Source: Candidatus Parcubacteria bacterium
GTDB taxonomy: Bacteria > Patescibacteriota > Minisyncoccia > 2-02-FULL-40-12 > GWA2-44-9
DNA length: 36,928 bases
Direction: 5' to 3'
NCBI GenBank assembly: GCA_019662005.1
Contig: JAIFWG010000003.1
Coordinates: forward strand, 1-36,928
Of the stretch, positions 31,176 through 36,928 are shown in pieces. The first letter of the stretch is position 1; every line of letters begins with the position of its first letter. The notes below the pieces were generated by a model that was not told the DNA's origin, ran no database searches, and saw only the letters and a list, made by a program, of their open reading frames with translations. A program made the translations under genes and the position numbers.

Positions 31176-32795
31176 GTGGCCGGAAATCATTCAATCGAAT
31201 ATAAAAATATTTATGCCACATTTGCTGCTGGTACAAATTCATTCCAACGGCTCATAGGTTACACTGACGGAACAACCGGTACGCCGCCCCAAATAGTAAG
31301 CGCCGCGACTCGTTATTATAACGCTGGCGGAAATGTAAGTGCCCTTTCCGTGACGGAAGCTCCTGCCCAATTTAAATACAGAACAGCCGGGACGATTAAA
31401 AGTCTTTCCCAGATGGTCAGCGCAAACTCAGCCAGTTTCGCTACGACCGTAACTTTAAACATAAATGGTACGGGTGGCACTAATACGATTTCTGTAACGG
31501 CATCCACCACCGGTCTTTTTGAAGACACAACTCATTCCGATACGATTGCGGCAGGAGATCTCATTTCAATCGTTGGCGTCGGGGGCGTCGGAACTGGAAG
31601 TTCTACTATTCTTGGGGCTGCGCTTGAATTCGGGACTACGAATAGTAAGTTCCAAATGTATAGCTGGACTTCTCCAACAGCCCTTACTGCCGGTTCAACA
31701 TTCTACTATCCTTTATCCGGCGGTCTTATTGTCAATACGACAAACACAGAAAACGAATCCATTCAGCTTCGCGCTTCCTTCGTGATGACGGCTACAAATC
31801 TAGAATGTTATCTCACGGCCAATGCTTCTACAGGCGCCGGAACATTTGATTTTAGAAATGGTGCCGCAAGCACCGCTCTCACAATTTCTGTCACAGCTCT
31901 TACATCGGGTCTTTTTGAGGACACAACTCATTCTGCTTCAATCGCAATAGGGGACAAAATAAATTATAGGTATGTCGTAGGTTCCGGCGGAACTGGAACT
32001 TTAGATATGTTTGGCTGTATGCTGGCAGCTTCTGGCTCATCGCCTTCCAGCAGTCCGAGCTCAAGTCCTAGCAGTTCTCCAAGCCCGTCATCTTCGCCTT
32101 CGAGCAGTCCAAGTTCTTCACCGAGTCCATCTACAAGTCCATCAAGCAGTCCAAGTAGTTCACCCAGTTCGAGTCGTAGTTCGAGTCCTAGCTCATCACC
32201 CAGTCCATCGACTTCACCAAGTTCTTCGCCGAGCACATCACCAAGTAGTTCACCGAGCCCAAGTACGAGTCCATCGGCATCGCCGAGCACGAGTCCTTCA
32301 ACATCTCGGAGTGCATCACCTAGCACCAGTCCATCGAGCAGTCCAAGTCCATCGACAAGTCCGAGTTCAAGTGCGTCGACAAGTCCAAGCAGCAGTCCGT
32401 CACCATCGACTTCACCGTCTAGTTCTCCGTCAACTTCGCCTAGTAGCTCACCAAGCCCTAGTACGAGTCCGTCAAGTAGCCCAAGTAGCTCAAAATCAAC
32501 TTCGCCAAGTACGAGCGTTTCTTCGTCGCCCAGCAGTTCGCCATCAACTTCACCAAGTTCATCGCCGAGTCCGTCAACGAGTCCTAGTTCATCGCCTAGT
32601 TCGAGTCGTAGCGCAAGTCCATCAAGCAGTCCAAGCACGTCACCGTCAAGTTCTCCGAGCCCTTCGGCTTCACCATCAAGCAGTCCGAGTAGTTCACCAA
32701 GCAGTTCACCATCAGCAAGCCCTTCAGCATCACCGAGTTCATCTCCTTCTGCTGGAGCGTTTTTACCGAGACTAACATTGTTAGGAGCGGGATAA
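31176..32795 (+). CDS. late protein with tandem beta-type domains and a C-terminal Ser/Pro/Thr tract of about 240 residues
   Basis: Track ORF (GTG start, no RBS). Domain repeats are marked by YYNAGG/FYYPLSGG and TTGLFEDTTHSDTIAAGD/TSGLFEDTTHSASIAIGD. The real N-terminus is probably 30836, reached via a frameshift. Confidence 0.7.
   Translation: MAGNHSIEYKNIYATFAAGTNSFQRLIGYTDGTTGTPPQIVSAATRYYNAGGNVSALSVTEAPAQFKYRTAGTIKSLSQMVSANSASFATTVTLNINGTGGTNTISVTASTTGLFEDTTHSDTIAAGDLISIVGVGGVGTGSSTILGAALEFGTTNSKFQMYSWTSPTALTAGSTFYYPLSGGLIVNTTNTENESIQLRASFVMTATNLECYLTANASTGAGTFDFRNGAASTALTISVTALTSGLFEDTTHSASIAIGDKINYRYVVGSGGTGTLDMFGCMLAASGSSPSSSPSSSPSSSPSPSSSPSSSPSSSPSPSTSPSSSPSSSPSSSRSSSPSSSPSPSTSPSSSPSTSPSSSPSPSTSPSASPSTSPSTSRSASPSTSPSSSPSPSTSPSSSASTSPSSSPSPSTSPSSSPSTSPSSSPSPSTSPSSSPSSSKSTSPSTSVSSSPSSSPSTSPSSSPSPSTSPSSSPSSSRSASPSSSPSTSPSSSPSPSASPSSSPSSSPSSSPSASPSASPSSSPSAGAFLPRLTLLGAG
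32031..32750 (+). repeat. coding low-complexity tract, (S-P-S-S/T)n tetrapeptide periodicity
   Basis: About 240 codons that are almost exclusively Ser, Pro and Thr, with rare R/K/A/V. Ser is encoded with all six codons. Confidence 0.9.
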
Positions 32796-32798
32796 ATT

Positions 32799-33101
32799 AT
32801 GCCATTCACTGATGATCAATTTAAGGAATTTATCAAAGCAATGGATACCAGAGAAATGCTTATTCGCATTGATGAAAACACTAAGAATTTTCATCAATCA
32901 ATTGGTCGACGATTGGATGATCATATCAATGAAGACTTAAAAGAACTGGGTGTTCATACTCGCGACATTGAAAAATCTCATATCCGCATTGATGTCTTAG
33001 AAAAAGAACAAACAAAGCTCAGGGGAATCGTAATAGGTGTTGGAACGCTCGCAACCATAATTCTATCCATGCTCCAACTGTGGATAGCGTTCGTTAAATA
33101 A
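32799..33101 (+). CDS. lysis-associated membrane protein (XhlA-like topology: coiled coil plus C-terminal TM)
   Basis: The C-terminal IVIGVGTLATIILSMLQLWIAFV follows a charged helical N-region. It lies directly upstream of a holin-like ORF. Confidence 0.4.
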   Translation: MPFTDDQFKEFIKAMDTREMLIRIDENTKNFHQSIGRRLDDHINEDLKELGVHTRDIEKSHIRIDVLEKEQTKLRGIVIGVGTLATIILSMLQLWIAFVK

Positions 33102-33115
33102 TAGGAGGATTAAAA

Positions 33116-33319
33116 ATGAATCAATTTTTAAGCATTTTAAAGCTTGAACCGCTCAAAGGCAGTAGAACACAATTCACGATTTTGGCAGGGTTGGTAATTA
33201 ATATTTTGGTTCAGATTGGATTTATTCATTGGACGCCAGATCAAGTAAAGACGGTGAATGATTTTTTGACTTTAATTGCTGGCTATTTCCTAGCCGAAAA
33301 ACTCACGGTGTCAAAATGA
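33116..33319 (+). CDS. holin-like protein (two TM segments)
   Basis: A 67-aa ORF with TM segments FTILAGLVINILVQIGFI and FLTLIAGYFLA and a charged C-terminus. AGGAGG RBS. Confidence 0.5.
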   Translation: MNQFLSILKLEPLKGSRTQFTILAGLVINILVQIGFIHWTPDQVKTVNDFLTLIAGYFLAEKLTVSK

Positions 33320-33594
33320 AAAAAATATTGATTGGATTTATAGTCTTTGGAATGATTGGATGTGCGGCGGTTAAACAATCAAAAATTGATGCGACGGATT
33401 GCTTTAAAGACCCGGCTTGCAGAGAAGATGCGGTAGCAATAGCAGATAACGTTAAGGCTGAAGTGGTGGCTGTGGTCGGGGTTAGTCCATTGCCTCTTTC
33501 TACAAATGTTGTTGGGGGAATCGCCTACGGAGTAGCATTGATTCTAGCTTTAATTAAACTCGGCAAAAATAAACGCGAAGAAGTTCCTGCATAA
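33316..33594 (+). CDS. lipoprotein with C-terminal TM (unimolecular-spanin-like)
   Basis: Signal peptide plus lipobox MKKILIGFIVFGMIGC. The C-terminal TM is GGIAYGVALILALIKLG, followed by KNKREE. ATGA-coupled to the holin-like ORF. Confidence 0.45.
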   Translation: MKKILIGFIVFGMIGCAAVKQSKIDATDCFKDPACREDAVAIADNVKAEVVAVVGVSPLPLSTNVVGGIAYGVALILALIKLGKNKREEVPA

Positions 33595-33657
33595 AGGATC
33601 ATAGCAGATTGCATTCTCTCAAACGGTGGGGAAAGTAAAAATAGAGGATAAGCTTCT

Positions 33658-33843
33658 ATGGAAAAAGATAATCAGAAGGACTTTGTGGAGTACGATGAGG
33701 ACGCTTTCAAGCCTTACGTTTCTACTCTTCGCGAACTAACATCCGAGCCTGTTCGTTTTACAATTTATCAGCGGTATGCTCAGTTGCTTGATATTGGGGA
33801 TCGTCAATCCCGTCGCAGCAGCGCAGGAAGAACTTTTGATTAA
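33658..33843 (+). CDS. hypothetical protein (61 aa)
   Basis: Track ORF and the last gene of the plus-strand arm. Confidence 0.5.
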   Translation: MEKDNQKDFVEYDEDAFKPYVSTLRELTSEPVRFTIYQRYAQLLDIGDRQSRRSSAGRTFD

Positions 33844-33844
33844 T

Positions 33845-34420
33845 CTAGCTAGCGTTCTTTTCGTCCCTTTTATGGCGCTTTAGCGTCCAAATACGATTGT
33901 AGCAGCGGCTACATCTGCCGAAAGAATTGTGCTTGGTATCATTTTTTCCGCATAAAATACAATTGGTGTATTTTCTTGACCATCCTCTTTTCCCGAAGCT
34001 GGATCTTAGCGAGTTTTCCCATCTATCAATAAACCTACAATTATTAAATTCATAATGCCCACTGCTGTCAATTCTATCGATAGAAGGATTTTCTAATTTA
34101 TCGGCATTATCTCTAAACCACAAATCCTTAATTTGTTCTTTGGTTAGGAAACATTTTATTCCTTTAGCGCCATACCAACGATAAGCTGTATTGCTTTTTA
34201 CATGACACCTCCCCTGTATTCCTTTTAAAATTTTTTCCCAATGGGGAAGGGAATGGAATCTAGCATTCTTAATCTTCTTAATTCTTTCAAAATTTTTAAG
34301 ATAAAAATCCCTGTTTTTCTTTAAGCATATTTCTCGATTCTTTTCGTAATATTCTTTATTTTTCTGTTTAACTTTTTCTGGATTTTTTAACTTCCATTTT
34401 TCCAAACTTTCAGTAGACAT
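33845..34420 (-). CDS. putative HNH-family homing endonuclease with C-terminal zinc finger
   Basis: WYGAKGIKCF...PSIDRIDSSGHYEFNNCRFIDRWEN resembles the SIDRID...NCRW type of phage homing-endonuclease core. CILCGK...CSRCYN lies at the C-terminus. The gene is AT-rich and Lys-rich. Confidence 0.5.
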   Translation of the reverse strand: MSTESLEKWKLKNPEKVKQKNKEYYEKNREICLKKNRDFYLKNFERIKKIKNARFHSLPHWEKILKGIQGRCHVKSNTAYRWYGAKGIKCFLTKEQIKDLWFRDNADKLENPSIDRIDSSGHYEFNNCRFIDRWENSLRSSFGKRGWSRKYTNCILCGKNDTKHNSFGRCSRCYNRIWTLKRHKRDEKNAS

Positions 34421-34454
34421 TTTTAATTTTTGTTCCGTCTATGATTTTTTAAAG

Positions 34455-34536
34455 ATGCTGACTGGGAAACGCCTCTTCATTTGCCGTGAGTTAAGGTTAG
34501 TTTCGTTGCCCCTGTTTGCCGCAGGCCAGTCAGCAT
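34455..34536 (-). other. long-range hairpin (11-bp stem, 60-nt interior)
   Basis: ATGCTGACTGG 34455-34465 pairs with CCAGTCAGCAT 34526-34536. The interior holds CGGCAAA twice (minus-strand reading) and small sub-hairpins. It sits between a micro-ORF and the HNH gene. Confidence 0.35.
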
Positions 34537-34542
34537 GTAAAA

Positions 34543-34656
34543 TTATTTTTTCGAATAATAATCCCAAACAATTCCAACTATAAAGGCAATAAATACAATA
34601 AAACTAATAGCACCAATTTTTATGAAAGCGTCCCATGTTTCAAAACAATCAGTCAT
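34543..34656 (-). CDS. 37-aa single-TM micro-protein
   Basis: ATGA overlap with the stop of 34653..34895. Translation is MTDCFETWDAFIKIGAISFIVFIAFIVGIVWDYYSKK. Below the track cut-off. Confidence 0.45.
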   Translation of the reverse strand: MTDCFETWDAFIKIGAISFIVFIAFIVGIVWDYYSKK

Positions 34657-34895
34657 TTCTCCTCTTCCTCAAGACGCTGGAGTAGTGCAGAGCGGCAATC
34701 GTTGAAACCTTCCGAAAAAAAATTCATCGTATCTCCATGATATGCGCTTTCTTTGGATTCTTCAGGCACCCTCTCCCTGACCCAGGCGAAAAATATTTTT
34801 TTTAATTTAGATATTGGCATAAGACAGTAGGGGACAGTCTCATCACCTTTTAAATCTTTCTGAAAATGAGTTGTTAGTTTTTCATCCAGAGTCAT
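34653..34895 (-). CDS. hypothetical protein
   Basis: Track ORF 34653..34991 trimmed to MTLDEKL, because the longer start would overlap the upstream gene by 110 nt. The start is uncertain. Confidence 0.45.
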   Translation of the reverse strand: MTLDEKLTTHFQKDLKGDETVPYCLMPISKLKKIFFAWVRERVPEESKESAYHGDTMNFFSEGFNDCRSALLQRLEEEEK

Positions 34896-35316
34896 CCTGC
34901 ACATCCTTTCCCTCCGGCTCTTTGGGTAAAAGCTTGGTGCGTAATTCTCCCGCACAAAATGCCCAAACATTTCGTTTTTCAATTTCTCCATCAGAATCGT
35001 ATTCGTGCGCCCTGTCTAACATGTATTCCGTGACCTGATCCGCGACTTTCTTCCGCTCCGCGAGGACTGCCGCTTCTAATTCAATAATCTTTTTTTCTTG
35101 GGAATTGACCACTCCTTTTTTCCAAACCAAAAGTTCTTTTTTGAGAATTTCAATCTCTTCTTCCAGCGGCCTCCGGGCTTCGAGGGCGTGGGAGGTAAGG
35201 GCTGTTACAATCGCTTGCTTCGCATTCCGAATTCGTTCTTTCTTGGTTAGAATTGCATCATCAACTAAAAAGGTATCTACAATCTGTCTCGCTATCACTT
35301 CCTCATCGTCAGGCAT
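34882..35316 (-). CDS. hypothetical coiled-coil protein
   Basis: Track ORF trimmed to MPDDEEV (ATGCCTGA overlap with the upstream stop). It contains EEEIEILKKELLVWKK...IIELEAAVLAERKK. Confidence 0.5.
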   Translation of the reverse strand: MPDDEEVIARQIVDTFLVDDAILTKKERIRNAKQAIVTALTSHALEARRPLEEEIEILKKELLVWKKGVVNSQEKKIIELEAAVLAERKKVADQVTEYMLDRAHEYDSDGEIEKRNVWAFCAGELRTKLLPKEPEGKDVQDDSG

Positions 35317-35503
35317 GGTTAGACCTATATTTTTTCTCAATCCAGTAAAGGATTTTTCCTTTCTTGTGACAGAATCCGCAAATCTCATTTACCGGAAGCT
35401 TATAATCAAGAATCTTTGAAGTGTCTGGCTCCTCGGCAGGAGTAAGCCACCAGTGAAAACCGAAGAAGCATTTAATTCGTGTCCAAATCCTATCCTCAGG
35501 CAT
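35309..35503 (-). CDS. hypothetical Cys/Trp-rich small protein
   Basis: Track ORF containing C...CGFCHKKG. Confidence 0.5.
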   Translation of the reverse strand: MPEDRIWTRIKCFFGFHWWLTPAEEPDTSKILDYKLPVNEICGFCHKKGKILYWIEKKYRSNHA

Positions 35504-35714
35504 GGAGTTCCCTCATCTTTTGGAATACAGCAATGATGGTTTCCGTCATAATGGTTTCATTGAGTATAATTTGGTTTATCTGGAAAGAATGGAGCTGATA
35601 ACCGCGCCTCAGATTAACTTCAATCACTTGCTGGAACTTATCGCTTATCAGTGGATATTCGGGCTGTCCGGCAAGCCAATTTTTTGTGACTTCTGCAACT
35701 ATAAACTCGCTCAT
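35496..35714 (-). CDS. hypothetical protein
   Basis: Track ORF with overlapping start and stop in the chain. Confidence 0.5.
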   Translation of the reverse strand: MSEFIVAEVTKNWLAGQPEYPLISDKFQQVIEVNLRRGYQLHSFQINQIILNETIMTETIIAVFQKMRELHA

Positions 35715-36136
35715 CTTACTTTCCTCCGCTTTGGAAGGTTGGTCAATATTGATTTCATAAGAAACTGAATCATGTAGGCGTACAATTCGTCCGAATCTTC
35801 GGCAAGTCTGACGCCGCGCGCTCTTAATTCAAAGGAAACGGCATGGAAACATTCATGAGCAATTACGTCCGGCGAATGTTCCCGCGTCCAGATAAAGATA
35901 AGCGTTCCAGATTCTTGCGCGTAACAAGTCGTATGGCCTAGCGGTTCATGCTGCTTTTCCTCCGAAACGTCAATGTCGAAATGATGTTTTATAACCTGAC
36001 AATATCCGGCGTAGTTCGGCGCAATCACATAATAATAATTGCTTTGAAAAACTGGTTCCCAGATATGAATCAAAGAGCCGTAGCTTTTAACAACATACTG
36101 AGCCTTGACCCGCACCTTCCTTGTCCGCTCACTCAT
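35711..36136 (-). CDS. putative zinc metallopeptidase (HExxH)
   Basis: VIAHECFHAV contains HExxH. The start is taken at ATG 36136 (ATGAGTGA overlap with the upstream micro-ORF stop), but 36148 is also possible. Confidence 0.45.
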   Translation of the reverse strand: MSERTRKVRVKAQYVVKSYGSLIHIWEPVFQSNYYYVIAPNYAGYCQVIKHHFDIDVSEEKQHEPLGHTTCYAQESGTLIFIWTREHSPDVIAHECFHAVSFELRARGVRLAEDSDELYAYMIQFLMKSILTNLPKRRKVR

Positions 36137-36275
36137 CCCCATCACCATAAATTTTAACTTCCGTTAATTCATCTCTTATTCGATCAAGTTCTTTTTTTGA
36201 ATGAACGTCCGAGACATCCTCAATCAATTCTTCCAGGTCTAAAATTATTTTTTCTAAAGTGATTCGGGGGTTCAT
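36129..36275 (-). CDS. 48-aa acidic small protein
   Basis: AAGGAAAG RBS. Translation is MNPRITLEKIILDLEELIEDVSDVHSKKELDRIRDELTEVKIYGDGDE. Below the track cut-off. Confidence 0.45.
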   Translation of the reverse strand: MNPRITLEKIILDLEELIEDVSDVHSKKELDRIRDELTEVKIYGDGDE

Positions 36276-36297
36276 CGTTAAACTTTCCTTGTCCGCT

Positions 36298-36483
36298 TCA
36301 TCGGGCGGCTCTAAGAGCTTCTTTGACGGGGTCTTTTAAATACCAGTCCTCGATTGCTTCTATGTCCCGCATTTTATCCGAGCATATTCGCGGATCTGAG
36401 AGAAACTGCTCGGCGCAAGCGGTGCGATATAAAATTCGTAGAGCTTTCTTAACTAATCGATGTTCTAGTTCTTCTATTCTCAT
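36298..36483 (-). CDS. hypothetical protein (61 aa)
   Basis: Track ORF with a GGAAGGAAAGGG RBS region upstream. Confidence 0.55.
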   Translation of the reverse strand: MRIEELEHRLVKKALRILYRTACAEQFLSDPRICSDKMRDIEAIEDWYLKDPVKEALRAAR

Positions 36484-36515
36484 CTCATCCCTTTCCTTCC
36501 CGCTCAGTCGTTGTT

Positions 36516-36683
36516 TTATTTAAAGCGCATTACAGGTCTAAGCGTGACGTTTCCGCAGCCGCAAGTTTTGCAAAGGATATTAGGTGCATGAGCGGAAACC
36601 GTCATTCCTTTTTTAATTTCTTCCGTCCATGTTTCCCCACAATTTTGACAACTGGCTGTCATGTCATAGGTTGGTTCCTTCAT
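36516..36683 (-). CDS. 55-aa zinc-ribbon-like protein (duplicated gene, copy 1)
   Basis: AAGGAG RBS. Translation is MKEPTYDMTASCQNCGETWTEEIKKGMTVSAHAPNILCKTCGCGNVTLRPVMRFK (CxxC...CxxCxC). Below the track cut-off. Confidence 0.55.
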   Translation of the reverse strand: MKEPTYDMTASCQNCGETWTEEIKKGMTVSAHAPNILCKTCGCGNVTLRPVMRFK

Positions 36684-36822
36684 CCTCTTCCATCTCCTTT
36701 TTTATTAAAAGCATCCGCTTTTGAGGGGCGGTGCTGGCGGCGGGCCATTTCAACCCGCACGCTGTTTTAGCATACAACAAGGATTTCTTTCCCTTTCCTT
36801 CCCGCTCAGTCGTTAAGAGGTT

Positions 36823-36928
36823 TTATTTAAAGCGCATTACAGGTCTAAGCGTGACGTTTCCGCAGCCGCAAGTTTTGCAAAGGATATTAGGTGCATGAGC
36901 GGAAACCGTCATTCCTTTTTTAATTTCT
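36823..36928 (-). CDS. second copy of the zinc-ribbon-like gene, 5'-truncated by the window edge
   Basis: The 3' 106 nt are identical to copy 1 (offset 307 nt), with the stop at 36823-36825. Confidence 0.5.
   Translation of the reverse strand, partial: EIKKGMTVSAHAPNILCKTCGCGNVTLRPVMRFK

Larger units (their letters stand above)
36489..36928. repeat. tandem direct duplication (two copies seen; the second runs off the window)
   Basis: 36489-36512 equals 36791-36814, and 36513-36621 equals 36820-36928. All are identical by eye, with a 5-nt insertion (AAGAG, 36815-36819) in copy 2. Confidence 0.85.

Noticed and set aside
31000-31257. Track ORF, 85 aa (L/R/P-rich)
   Set aside because: It is in the third frame across the frameshift region. 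The other two frames together reconstruct a domain that is repeated downstream.
31964-32809. 281-aa minus-strand ORF (GDELG/LLGL-rich) and the 254-aa plus-strand ORF 32011..32775 (R/V/H/Q-rich), both overlapping the S/P/T tract
   Set aside because: Both are shadow frames created by the codon periodicity of the (SPSS)n tract. Their composition is the direct complement or frameshift of TCN/AGY/CCN codons. The S/P/T frame is contiguous with well-formed upstream domains.
36588-36770. Track ORF, 60 aa, plus strand
   Set aside because: It is antisense to the RBS-led zinc-ribbon gene 36516..36683 in a uniformly minus-strand arm.
36489-36928. Right-edge repeat as a genome terminal repeat or circular-closure signal
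   Set aside because: Both copies lie at the same end of the window and the left edge (1..130) shares no sequence with them. It is a tandem duplication, not evidence for genome ends.
1-36928. Looked for CRISPR arrays, rRNA/tRNA genes, reverse transcriptase/DGR template-variable repeat pairs, and integrase/attP
   Set aside because: None was found by eye. There are no regularly spaced direct repeats, no RT motifs (YxDD) in any long ORF, and no tyrosine or serine recombinase-sized ORF in the window.

Overview
The window looks like most of a tailed dsDNA phage or prophage genome with a two-arm layout. All functions below come from motif recognition by eye, because no database search was possible.

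Late arm (3750-33843, plus strand): one tightly packed block. It encodes small and large terminase, portal, scaffold, an HK97-type major capsid protein, adaptor/nozzle-like and fibre proteins, Gly/Gln/Asn-rich internal-virion-like proteins and lysis membrane proteins. No tape-measure-sized, sheath or tube gene is evident, so I infer a podovirus-like virion.

Early-type arms (1-3600 and 33845-36928, minus strand): small regulatory genes, including RHH, Cro-like HTH, Xis-like HTH, zinc ribbons, an HExxH peptidase and a membrane-anchored SLT transglycosylase. Many are below the 60-aa ORF-track cut-off and are chained by ATGA/TAATG start-stop overlaps.

Most unusual content: roughly 8 kb of sugar-modifying enzymes sits inside the late arm in two blocks (11774-16994 and 27096-29981). 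It comprises:
- five glycosyltransferase-like ORFs, one with ppGalNAc-transferase (GT27)-type motifs fused to a CmcI-type methyltransferase domain;
- two further methyltransferase-like ORFs;
- a WbqC-like ORF and a deacetylase-like ORF;
- a nucleotidyltransferase-like/Hanks-type kinase fusion.
These lie next to a late protein that ends in a tract of about 240 Ser/Pro/Thr residues. I interpret this as a candidate phage-encoded mucin-type O-glycosylation (virion or fibre decoration) system.

Other notable items:
- a frameshift splitting the first of three tandem domains of that protein;
- two free-standing HNH endonuclease genes;
- a nested-hairpin leader upstream of the Cro-like gene;
- a multi-hairpin non-coding gap holding the only strong intrinsic terminator;
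- a tandem duplication at the right edge.
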